The position numbers and the translations under genes are program-made. Shown here in pieces: positions 53,639 through 62,416 of a stretch of 64,000 bases of DNA; position 1 is the first letter of the stretch, and the number at the start of each line of letters is the position of its first letter. The stretch covers positions 203,784 to 267,783 of the IMG/VR virus record IMGVR_UViG_3300020188_000808; one strand, 5' to 3'. The notes below the pieces were generated by a model. That model ran no database searches and was not told where the DNA came from. It worked only from the letters and a program-made list of their open reading frames with translations.

Positions 53639-56020
53639 ATGACTGCATACTACGATTTTTTCAGATACGTTAAACTATATTCCCCTGACGGAACAACATT
53701 AGAAGCTACTGTAGAAGCTGATAGTGTTACAGATAGTATTAATTTTGTTAGAGGAAACGGTGTTGCTTGGAACACAGTTGATGTCGGTACAGACACGTTT
53801 AAATTTGATGTCGATTACAGTCTTAGTATTCCATTAGCAAGTACAGATATAACACTTACTGACGTTAATAATGCAACCTCAACAATCAGTTTAGTTGCAG
53901 GTGGTAATATGATTATTACTAGAGATAATGCAAATCAATTAACTATTGCGGCATTGGTTGGCGGTGTTAGTAAATCAATTCAAAACATTACAACAACTAA
54001 CCCAGTTGTAATTACAACAACAAATGCACACGCATTCACTGATGGTACAGAAGTAACTATTGTTGATGTTGTTGGAACTACACAGCTTAACGGTAACGAA
54101 TACTTCATGGACGTACAAACTAGTGACACGTTTGCTTTGTACACAGATGCACAATTAACAACACCATTAGACGGCACAGCATTTACAGCATATGTCAGTG
54201 GCGGAGTTGCTACTGCTGATTACGGTGGAGCAAAGAACGCATTTAAAACTATTCAGGTAACAGGTCAAAGTCCTGTTGTTGCTGACAACATTCAAGATAT
54301 TTTAAACCTAACAGGTGGAACAGGTATTGACATTACAACAACACCTGGAACAGACTCTATTGCATGGGCGATAGACAATACAGTAACAACACTTGCAGAT
54401 GCACAAACTTTACTAAACAAAACTTTAACATCTCCAATCATTGCGGCAATTAAACCAAGTGCAAGTAATTCATGGTCATTGCCTGATAGTAACGATACAT
54501 TTGTAGGTAAAGCTACAACAGACACGTTTACTAACAAGAGTGTTGACTTAACAAATAATACACTAACGACAACTATAGCACAATTGAATACAGCCGTTAG
54601 TGACGAAACAGTAGTAGCTAGAGATACAACAGACACACTTACAAACAAGTCAATTAGTTTAACTGATAATACAGTAACAGGTACAATAGCAGAACTTAAT
54701 ACCGCAGTTAGTGATGAAACTGTAGTAGGTAGAGATACAACTGATACACTTACAAATAAAAGTATTGATCTAACTGATAATACTGTAACAGGAACCTTTG
54801 CGGAATTTAATACTGCGGTTAGTGACGAAACACTTGTTGGACTTGATGCATCACAAACATTAACAGCTAAAACGCTAACTGATCCTATTCTATCTCCTAC
54901 TGCTACAACAGCAGGTAAGATTGAGTTTTTAGAAGGAACAGACAACGGTACTAACAAAGCAACACTAATAGGTCCTGCAAGTACTGCTGATGTAACTATT
55001 ACATTGCCAGCCGCAACAGATACACTAGTTGGTAAAGCAACAACAGATACATTTACAAATAAAAGCGGTAGTAATAGTCAGTGGACAAATGATGAAGCAT
55101 ATATTAAAGCTGACACAAGTGACACACTTACAAACAAGTCAATTAGTTTAACAACTAATACTGTAACAGGTACACTTGTAGAATTTAATACTGCGGTTAG
55201 TGATGCTACTCTTGTTTCAACAACAGGTATAGAAACCCTTACTAACAAAACTTTAACATCTCCGACCTTTAGTGGAACAGCAACATCATTCACTTCAACA
55301 GGTATTGATGACAATGCAACAAGCACATCTATCACTATAGATTCATCACAGAGTGTAGGTATTGGCGGAGCACCAGTAGCTCTTAGTGGAAATGCTACCC
55401 CAGGATTAACACTTACTTCAAATGGTCCTTTTATACTTTTAAAAGATGCAAACAACGCAAATAAAACAACATACATTTCTAATAATAGTGGGGTACTTCA
55501 ATTTGGTATAGTTGATGATGATGGCGTAACAAATAAAACTGAACATATGCAGATTACTGATACAGGTACAGTACAAGTAGCGTCAGCCGCAAATTTTGAA
55601 ACTCCTAATATTACAGGATCCATTCCAGGCATGACATTTGTTATGACTATTGGGGGAATTACAACGATAGGTGATGGTGCAACAACTGTTACAAGATATG
55701 CTACTCCAGGAAATGATTGGCAAGCAAATTTAGCCATAGGTACTAGCATGCCAGTTACTAGCAATATGAAATGTGTTGCAATGTCTGTTCTTTGTGATGG
55801 TGTGCTAACTGTTGGTTCTTCAAATGTAACACTTATGAAAAACGGTGTTGATACAACAACATCTGTTACCTTTGCTAATGGAGATGGCGGAACTGGTGAT
55901 GTAAAACAAAGCACAGTAAATAATAGCTTTGACGCTGGTGACAGAGTAGGAATCAAAGTAGTCACACTATCAGCAACTGCTAGAGCATACCTTGTTATGA
56001 CTCAGTGGGAATTAATTTAA
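53639..56020 (+). CDS. Thr-rich accessory tail fibre/virion protein
   Basis: FCCH-like domain (ITTTNPVVITTTNAH...GTTQLNG), TLTNK repeats, TLPAATDTLV; lone plus-strand structural gene. Confidence 0.75.
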   Translation: MTAYYDFFRYVKLYSPDGTTLEATVEADSVTDSINFVRGNGVAWNTVDVGTDTFKFDVDYSLSIPLASTDITLTDVNNATSTISLVAGGNMIITRDNANQLTIAALVGGVSKSIQNITTTNPVVITTTNAHAFTDGTEVTIVDVVGTTQLNGNEYFMDVQTSDTFALYTDAQLTTPLDGTAFTAYVSGGVATADYGGAKNAFKTIQVTGQSPVVADNIQDILNLTGGTGIDITTTPGTDSIAWAIDNTVTTLADAQTLLNKTLTSPIIAAIKPSASNSWSLPDSNDTFVGKATTDTFTNKSVDLTNNTLTTTIAQLNTAVSDETVVARDTTDTLTNKSISLTDNTVTGTIAELNTAVSDETVVGRDTTDTLTNKSIDLTDNTVTGTFAEFNTAVSDETLVGLDASQTLTAKTLTDPILSPTATTAGKIEFLEGTDNGTNKATLIGPASTADVTITLPAATDTLVGKATTDTFTNKSGSNSQWTNDEAYIKADTSDTLTNKSISLTTNTVTGTLVEFNTAVSDATLVSTTGIETLTNKTLTSPTFSGTATSFTSTGIDDNATSTSITIDSSQSVGIGGAPVALSGNATPGLTLTSNGPFILLKDANNANKTTYISNNSGVLQFGIVDDDGVTNKTEHMQITDTGTVQVASAANFETPNITGSIPGMTFVMTIGGITTIGDGATTVTRYATPGNDWQANLAIGTSMPVTSNMKCVAMSVLCDGVLTVGSSNVTLMKNGVDTTTSVTFANGDGGTGDVKQSTVNNSFDAGDRVGIKVVTLSATARAYLVMTQWELI
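54515..55225 (+). repeat. 37-aa (111-bp) repeats in the fibre gene
   Basis: TxDTxTNKSxxLTxNTxTxTxxxxNTAVSD units at 54515, 54626 and 54737, plus a fourth at 55115. Confidence 0.85.
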
Positions 56021-56496
56021 TTTTTAGGATTAACGATTAATAAAATATTATCGTATGTTTGTGATTTTTCAGTTTGGAAGATTAGATAGTTGCATACAAA
56101 GTTACCTGTCATGCTAACACGGTATTCTCCACCCGCCATCATATCGTTTGGAACAGCCATTGTCCATTGATTAGGAATAGGTTCTCCAGGGCGTGTGTTA
56201 CGAGTGTATTGTTTTGTAAACTTGTCTAATCTATGCGTATGTCCATCTTTATGATATGCTACACCATACACTTCTGTACTATTACATTCATGCTTTTTAG
56301 AGCCTATCATCATAAACTCTATATCGTCGTGCTGTTCAATTGGGTTGTTTACTATTTCAATTTTAACATCTTGGAATACAAAAGCGTTATTAAAACTCAT
56401 ATATGCAATACCTAGCACAATGATAGTCATTAAACTTAGTCCACTGACTACATTTGCTATTGCACGTAATAGGATGAATTTTTGATTACTTGTCAT
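56017..56496 (-). CDS. Single-TM protein with a two-Cys soluble domain
   Basis: Probable start MTSNQKF at 56496; N-terminal TM; KHEC...FVCN. Confidence 0.6.
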   Translation of the reverse strand: MTSNQKFILLRAIANVVSGLSLMTIIVLGIAYMSFNNAFVFQDVKIEIVNNPIEQHDDIEFMMIGSKKHECNSTEVYGVAYHKDGHTHRLDKFTKQYTRNTRPGEPIPNQWTMAVPNDMMAGGEYRVSMTGNFVCNYLIFQTEKSQTYDNILLIVNPKN

Positions 56497-56821
56497 TTCT
56501 AACTTTTCTAAGTTCTTTTTTAATTCTACTAAATTCAACGTGAACTTCATATAAATTATTACTTGCCCTCTGTAAGGTATTTATTAATGATTTGATTGTA
56601 AACAGAGTCCAAAACCACCAAGTTACGGCTGTCACAGCAAATGATCCTACTCCCCACCAAAATGCTTGGGCAAAGGTTATAGTATTAAAAAGAAGCAATA
56701 CTCCAGTAATCGTTAGAAATGCTGTTGGGATTACTTTCGCATAGATATCCCACAGTTCTACCTGTTTTTTAATCTTTTCTTCTATTCTCTTTTGTTGTTC
56801 TAGTTCTTGTTTTTTCATCAA
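56486..56821 (-). CDS. 2-TM membrane protein with coiled-coil tail
   Basis: Two TM helices; ATTAAATA promoter at 56851-56858. Confidence 0.65.
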   Translation of the reverse strand: MMKKQELEQQKRIEEKIKKQVELWDIYAKVIPTAFLTITGVLLLFNTITFAQAFWWGVGSFAVTAVTWWFWTLFTIKSLINTLQRASNNLYEVHVEFSRIKKELRKVRNDK

Positions 56822-56887
56822 TAGTTGCCTTTACTGTGTTCTCTACAGTATATTTAATCTAGTTAGGTGATAAATTAAAGCAGACTA

Positions 56888-58015
56888 TTAAGAACTAATA
56901 GTGCCAAATGGCTTCCATTCGCCTGGCGTTCCTTCTCTAATACATACCCACCCTACATATCCTGTTGGAGTTGGCTCTGTATTAAAAATTAGATCTCCTC
57001 TAGTGTAAATTCCGTTAGTTGGAAGTTGATCACTAAATTCAATTTTCTTACCTTGCACTTTAATTGGTGATGCAACACTTAATGCTGTATCAGGATTATT
57101 AATTCCAATACCTACATTACCTTTGAAAGTTGTAACAGTATTAGAATCAGTACCAACTTCAATTTTGTTGGTAGATTTAAGTTTAATTCTTGTAACATCG
57201 TCAGTTACTAGCTCTAAGTCGTGTGTAGTATATGATCCAGTTTTAATACTATCAAACCCAGGCTCAACGATATATTCTGCTTCATTGCTGGCTACACTTA
57301 GTTGTCCGTTTGGAGCATCTATACCTATTCCTAATCTCATTCCATCTCCGTCATAGAAGATAAACTGATCAATATTCATATTGCCTTCGGTTCTTAAATT
57401 TCTAAGTGTACCTACGCTAGTTAGATTAGAATGTGTTATGCCTGCGCCAAGTGTGTCTGAACTTAGTACTGAAACATTGCCAATCATATAATGCTTTGCA
57501 TCATGTAAGTCCAACGACTCACTACTCCATAGTCTTTCGGAGTTGGCTTGCATTACTAGTTGTTTGGTATGACCGTACCCGGTCCACATTAGACCTTTTC
57601 CAAATGGGGTATCTTGTTCACTACATTTAAATTCTAATGGACTTGTTCTTTCAAGTCTAACGTCAGCATTAATTTCTACTGCATCAATACGTTGAGCAGT
57701 GATGATTCCGCCAACCTGTAAATTCTTTTCAACTTTAATATCCCCTTTGAGTTCAACAGCATCAATGTAGTCTACAACAATTCTATCATCTTTAACAAGT
57801 AAACTTACTTTAGATGCTTGGTCGTATATACCAACACTTTTAAATGCTGAGATAGTACCTCCGTGTACTAAGTCACCTGTAATTGAATCGTTGGGCATAC
57901 CCTCTACTGTTGGAACTGATTGCTCTCGTTGTGAGATAGTTTCAATTGCATTAGCGAGTTGTGTCAACCCATTTTTAATTACTAAAAGGTCATTATCTGG
58001 AATATTACTGTTCAT
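56888..58015 (-). CDS. Putative virion fibre/spike protein
   Basis: SNLTSVGTL, GNVGIG..NP, C-terminal GD.IFN.EP...GYVGWVC...GTPG.WKPFG. Confidence 0.7.
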   Translation of the reverse strand: MNSNIPDNDLLVIKNGLTQLANAIETISQREQSVPTVEGMPNDSITGDLVHGGTISAFKSVGIYDQASKVSLLVKDDRIVVDYIDAVELKGDIKVEKNLQVGGIITAQRIDAVEINADVRLERTSPLEFKCSEQDTPFGKGLMWTGYGHTKQLVMQANSERLWSSESLDLHDAKHYMIGNVSVLSSDTLGAGITHSNLTSVGTLRNLRTEGNMNIDQFIFYDGDGMRLGIGIDAPNGQLSVASNEAEYIVEPGFDSIKTGSYTTHDLELVTDDVTRIKLKSTNKIEVGTDSNTVTTFKGNVGIGINNPDTALSVASPIKVQGKKIEFSDQLPTNGIYTRGDLIFNTEPTPTGYVGWVCIREGTPGEWKPFGTISS

Positions 58016-58020
58016 ACTAT

Positions 58021-58028
58021 TATTTATC
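58021..58028 (-). promoter_or_regulatory. Late promoter GATAAATA
   Basis: 5 nt before the ATG at 58015. Confidence 0.7.
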
Positions 58029-58037
58029 CAGAACAGT

Positions 58038-59321
58038 TTACTGAACGACTTTTAACAAAATAGTATCTTGATTAATACGACCATTAAGTTTGATGTCTAC
58101 AGCATTGATTTCGTCTAAGAATGTCTTAACTTTTCGTGACCCAGCTTGTTTAAATTCTTCAAGTTTCTCTTCAGGTTTACGTAGTGTTTTTTGTACACTA
58201 AGGGATTCGTTGAAGTTAATAATAGTAGTACCTTTGATACTAAGTCCACTACCTTCACGTCCTTGACGCATAGGATCTAAGTTCTGTGCAATATAACGTC
58301 CAAGTTTCCGTGTTTTAATATTAAACACCCAAAGCTCACTTGCAAATATAATATCTTGTGGATTAATACTTGCTAGTTTAAACTTATCATCAGTATGAGC
58401 ATACTTTAGTTTAGTAACCATTTTTTCTTTGCTTAACACACGTTTGCGAGGCTTACGTGTTGCTTTAGCAGTTTGAATAATAACGTCTAATGACCCCATT
58501 AGTAGTTTGAGACTGTCTAACTTACGTTTAAGTGCTTTAGTAGAATAAATTGCATATGCCTCTTTATACTGTGCATATGTTTCTTGATCATATTCACTCA
58601 TTTTAGCAAGTTCAGCTTTGCTAGGAAAGTTTACAACTCCATCAAGTTCTTCAATTTCTCCTATATAGAAATCTCTAATCTTTCGAGCATGTGCTTGAGT
58701 GCATTGCGAGTCTCTAAGATGTTTGCTAATATCAAATTCTCTAGGATTAAACTTCTCCATTTCGTCCATCCATTTTTCTAACCATATGTCAATCTTTTCA
58801 GACATTATAATTGACTGCTCATAAATTCGTTGTTGGATAGTTGGCTTGTATACTGTAGATTCTTCTTCTTGTTTTTTCTTAGTTTCTTCAACAACTAGAG
58901 AACCACGTGCATACAGCTCTTTTAGTGTCTTTTCAACAAACTCGGAGAATGGCTTTACTGTACCCATAGTACCAGCAAGGCTAATCCAATGTTCGTTGTA
59001 TGCAGGGTGTACATCTGGCATACCATTTGATAGCATTCTACACAATCCACCAATGGTAGGACCAAAACAATTATCTGGAAGTTTTTGAACTACTGTTGCT
59101 TTATCCTTCCATTTAGAGTTATCTAACATCCATTGCTTAACCCAGAGCTTATAGTCTGAACTTTTAAATTCCATGCGATAATAATCATTTGCAGAATTTT
59201 TCAATCGACCAAAAGTTGGACCGTCAAGTTCAAGAGCACCTTCAAACGAAGGTTCGTTGTTCTTGTTGCTTATTCGGCGAGCAACTGGCTTTTTTCTTTT
59301 TGGACCTTTTGGAATGGCCAT
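58038..59321 (-). CDS. Hypothetical phage protein
   Basis: 427 aa; LWVFNIKTRKLG.Y...IKGTTI..F...KTLRKPEE...NGRIN; TTGACT-16-TATAGT at 59355-59382. Confidence 0.7.
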   Translation of the reverse strand: MAIPKGPKRKKPVARRISNKNNEPSFEGALELDGPTFGRLKNSANDYYRMEFKSSDYKLWVKQWMLDNSKWKDKATVVQKLPDNCFGPTIGGLCRMLSNGMPDVHPAYNEHWISLAGTMGTVKPFSEFVEKTLKELYARGSLVVEETKKKQEEESTVYKPTIQQRIYEQSIIMSEKIDIWLEKWMDEMEKFNPREFDISKHLRDSQCTQAHARKIRDFYIGEIEELDGVVNFPSKAELAKMSEYDQETYAQYKEAYAIYSTKALKRKLDSLKLLMGSLDVIIQTAKATRKPRKRVLSKEKMVTKLKYAHTDDKFKLASINPQDIIFASELWVFNIKTRKLGRYIAQNLDPMRQGREGSGLSIKGTTIINFNESLSVQKTLRKPEEKLEEFKQAGSRKVKTFLDEINAVDIKLNGRINQDTILLKVVQ

Positions 59322-59404
59322 TATCTAAACTCCTCTAATTTCTATGTAATCATAACTATATAGCAAAAAGATATAAAGTCAACTAAAAATGGTGGTTCGT
59401 GTTA

Positions 59405-60733
59405 TCAAAGTTTTTCGTTAGACTCAAAGCCACGGAACGTTTTAAATCTTGGAAAACGTAAACTATACGTTTCACTATCTTGTGATTTAGTACGAGCATC
59501 TGCCCTAATTTCAATTAGCTGACCAATGAGACTAGCACGTTCAGTCCAGTACTCATCACGTTGAGAGTCAGTGAAACCGCTCCCACAGTTAAGGCGATAA
59601 TTGTATCCATCGTCTTCTCCTTCTACTATTACGGCACCTAGTCTTCCCGCATTACGTCCAGTGCCTTCTTCAACGTCTACGACTTTTAGTGTAATTTCAA
59701 TAAATGGTTTTGCCTTTAACCAAGCATGAGTTCTTTTGCATTCATAGGGTGCATCAACATCTTTGATCATAACCCCTTCGTAACCACCGTCTACAGCCGT
59801 CTTATTAAGCTCTACAAAGCGTTGTTCGCCTTCAGGAGTACTTAGGTCTACATCTTCCCATTCAAGTGCTTGTACGTGCTTTAAAACAGCTTGATTACTT
59901 TCAACCCAATGTTTGGTTATTGCACTTCTTGTTGACTGTGGTTTATCCCAACCACCTTCTTTGAAATTGGATAGTGGAATAGTATCAAATAAATGTAATA
60001 CTGCATCTTTGGCTGTACCACCGCTCTTTCTATGTACCTGCTTCATAAGGTCCTGAAAGTTAGCACTCATTACTTCACCGTCTAACACAAGGTCATATGG
60101 TGCAGGATTATCTTTGAGTACTGTTTTAATTTCTTCAATAATGTGATCAAAGTTATGAAACTGTTTACCATTACGACTAAACATTTCTACCTTATCACCT
60201 TGAATAATTGTAATAACACGAACGCCATCTAACTTAACTTCAATTTGTTTCTTACCAACCATCTTCTTTTCGTGGTTAGCAGAGTCATGTGCTAATGCAC
60301 AAGTAAATGTAGGAATTGTATATTGTGGAAACTTCTTTGCAATTTTGTTTACTGTTTTTTCTGAAACACCACAACGTAGATCTTTTATAAGTATTCTACG
60401 ATAGAACATGTTCCATTGTTCTGCGGTTGCTAGATCTTTACAAAGTATAATTGCATCTCTAGCATTATGCCCTGTAAGTTGTCTGTCAATTAATTTACGT
60501 GCTAGTTCTTTGAATGTAGGCCAAGCAAGACCTTGTGGCGTAAGTACTTCATTTTCTTCTTTTTCAGGTACTTGTTTTACACCAAAAGTAACAAGTGGAT
60601 CAAGTGCCATACGTACACCTTCAAAGAACTGATCTAGTCCTTCTTCCATTGCTTCTAAGATAACTTGTTCTTTTGCTAGGCGACTGTTGTCTGCCTCTAA
60701 TTTTGAAATAATTTCTTGTGGTTGTGTTCTCAT
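59405..60733 (-). CDS. ATP-dependent DNA ligase
   Basis: EVKLDGVR (motif I), SRNGK, LDGE, EGVMIK, WLKAK, SLRFPRF. Confidence 0.95.
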   Translation of the reverse strand: MRTQPQEIISKLEADNSRLAKEQVILEAMEEGLDQFFEGVRMALDPLVTFGVKQVPEKEENEVLTPQGLAWPTFKELARKLIDRQLTGHNARDAIILCKDLATAEQWNMFYRRILIKDLRCGVSEKTVNKIAKKFPQYTIPTFTCALAHDSANHEKKMVGKKQIEVKLDGVRVITIIQGDKVEMFSRNGKQFHNFDHIIEEIKTVLKDNPAPYDLVLDGEVMSANFQDLMKQVHRKSGGTAKDAVLHLFDTIPLSNFKEGGWDKPQSTRSAITKHWVESNQAVLKHVQALEWEDVDLSTPEGEQRFVELNKTAVDGGYEGVMIKDVDAPYECKRTHAWLKAKPFIEITLKVVDVEEGTGRNAGRLGAVIVEGEDDGYNYRLNCGSGFTDSQRDEYWTERASLIGQLIEIRADARTKSQDSETYSLRFPRFKTFRGFESNEKL

Positions 60734-60772
60734 ATTGTGCCTCTGTTGCCTTTATAATTAATTCTTATGTAT

Positions 60773-60801
60773 ATAATACAGTCAAATGTGGCTTGTGTCA
60801 A
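60773..60801 (-). promoter_or_regulatory. sigma70-type promoter of the ligase gene
   Basis: TTGACA-17-TATTAT. Confidence 0.75.
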
Positions 60802-60814
60802 CCTTTTTGTTTAT

Positions 60815-60891
60815 TGGCGCACCCGAAAGGATTCGAACCTCTGACCCCAACTTCCGCAAAGTTGTGCTCTATCCAGCTGAGCTACGGGTGC
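60815..60891 (-). tRNA. tRNA-Arg, anticodon GCG, CCA encoded
   Basis: Full cloverleaf: GCACCCG-TA-GCTC-AGCTGGATA-GAGC-A-CAACT-TTGCGGA-AGTTG-GGGTC-AGAGG-TTCGAAT-CCTTT-CGGGTGC-GCCA. Confidence 0.93.
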
Positions 60892-60899
60892 GTAAATGA

Positions 60900-60932
60900 A
60901 AACAGGCGACACAATTTAATGAGCCGCCTGCT
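60900..60932 (-). terminator. Hairpin / terminator-like element between 60956 and the tRNA
   Basis: AGCAGGCGGCTCA-TTAAAT-TGTGTCGCCTGTT followed by TT. Confidence 0.55.
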
Positions 60933-60955
60933 TTCTAGTAAAAACTAACGTTATA

Positions 60956-61204
60956 TTAGTTTACTAAACCTTTTGCAAGTGCTTTGTAACCAGCGGCTAC
61001 GATTGCTCTTGAAGGTGTTCCCAATCTGTACTTCTTAACACCATTTTTCTTAGTGTTTAGATACACAGGATGACCTGCGAATCTTAGTGATTGGATTACA
61101 GCTTGAGGATTACCTGCTTTGAATCTTGATTTAAGTTCAGCTGAGGTATACTCTTTACCTGATTGAAGTGCAGTTAATACACTATCTTGAATTGTCGTTT
61201 TCAT
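60956..61204 (-). CDS. Small winged-HTH DNA-binding protein
   Basis: VLTALQSG...T..ELKSRF..NP.A.I..LR..GHPVY...YRLG. Confidence 0.65.
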   Translation of the reverse strand: MKTTIQDSVLTALQSGKEYTSAELKSRFKAGNPQAVIQSLRFAGHPVYLNTKKNGVKKYRLGTPSRAIVAAGYKALAKGLVN

Positions 61205-61268
61205 ATATTTTCTCCTTATAAGTTTAAAACGTCTTAACTTTAAGCATTTACAGCTCTAAGTTATTAAT

Positions 61269-61297
61269 AGTATAACAGAATTAGTTTATAAAGTCAA
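61269..61297 (-). promoter_or_regulatory. sigma70-type promoter
   Basis: TTGACT-17-TATACT. Confidence 0.75.
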
Positions 61298-61313
61298 ACA
61301 GTTATGTTACCAA

Positions 61314-61901
61314 TTATACAAAATCGGGTCCATGCACCCATCCTACAATACTTTTGCGGATGCCTTTAGTGACAGGAGTTACCTTGTGTGGCAACCAACT
61401 TGGAAAGAAACAGATCTCATGTTTTTGTAAATCTGTTTGGAGACCTTGAAAATCTGGCATTAATAATAACTCGCCACCTTCAAAATCTTTTGGATCACTA
61501 AGAAGAATACTAAAAGATATCTTTCGAACCTGGCCGTGTTGTCCTTTAAAAGCCCCGTCCGAATGTGTTTCGTAGTGTCCTTTTTTGTCAGCATCATAAA
61601 CACCATACTGACAAGGTTCTAAATCTGTAATTGCATATTTAAATAATGTGTTGTTTGCATAATGAATAACATTACCAAGTAGTGCATAAAATTCTGGGTG
61701 CATACGAGTATCAATCCAATCAATGTCTGTACTACGGATTGATGTGTCGTCATCATGCTGATCGTCTGTAATATATCTTGCAGGTCGAACTTCCATTGAT
61801 TCTTCAATGCTGTCAACCATTTCCTGTGTAAGTCCCCATTCTTGTAACTTATAATAAGGAAACGGATTGTTTCGTATGTTAGGCGGAGTTAGTTGATACA
61901 T
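61314..61901 (-). CDS. Prolyl-hydroxylase-like 2OG-Fe(II) oxygenase
   Basis: HSD...RKIS...FEGGEL...FPSWLPHKVTPVTKG.RKS. Confidence 0.88.
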   Translation of the reverse strand: MYQLTPPNIRNNPFPYYKLQEWGLTQEMVDSIEESMEVRPARYITDDQHDDDTSIRSTDIDWIDTRMHPEFYALLGNVIHYANNTLFKYAITDLEPCQYGVYDADKKGHYETHSDGAFKGQHGQVRKISFSILLSDPKDFEGGELLLMPDFQGLQTDLQKHEICFFPSWLPHKVTPVTKGIRKSIVGWVHGPDFV

Positions 61902-62416
61902 TATTTAAACCTCGCTTGTATAGTTACTCTTGTTTGTTTAGCCCACGGAGTGATAGCACTCACACTATGTTGTGTTGGGTGTTGTCTATTGTCATTAAGT
62001 ATTAATCTATTAAATTTTGGCTCTTGTGCTAGTATCTTGTCATCTTCTTTATACAAGAACAATCCGCCGTCTGCTGAATCCCAATGTTGATTAAGGTAAA
62101 TTGTACCACTTGCTATATACCCTGCATCGTCATGCCAGTCTAACATACTGTTCCTATTCCACAAGTATATAAATGCTTCAAATTTTAGATCACTGTAGAA
62201 TGGATTTAAGTTTACAAATTGTTTGCGTAATTCTTTATGTGTATTATCTGACACTGGACTCATGTTAGCACTATTTGCACCTTCAACAACAATACCTTCC
62301 CAACTGTGACTGGTAGCCCAAACAGCTTCTGACGACTGGATTTTTGTTTTAATCTCAGTTGCTATGCTGTCAATTAATTTTTGACTTAGGAAATTATCTT
62401 CTACGAGTATTGCCAT
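61901..62416 (-). CDS. 2OG-Fe(II) oxygenase
   Basis: WHDD...IYLN..W...GG...H.VS...RVTIQ. Confidence 0.85.
   Translation of the reverse strand: MAILVEDNFLSQKLIDSIATEIKTKIQSSEAVWATSHSWEGIVVEGANSANMSPVSDNTHKELRKQFVNLNPFYSDLKFEAFIYLWNRNSMLDWHDDAGYIASGTIYLNQHWDSADGGLFLYKEDDKILAQEPKFNRLILNDNRQHPTQHSVSAITPWAKQTRVTIQARFK

Noticed and set aside
54515-54847. Regularly spaced repeats considered as a CRISPR array
   Set aside because: In-frame coding repeats with synonymous variation, no unique spacers and no cas genes.
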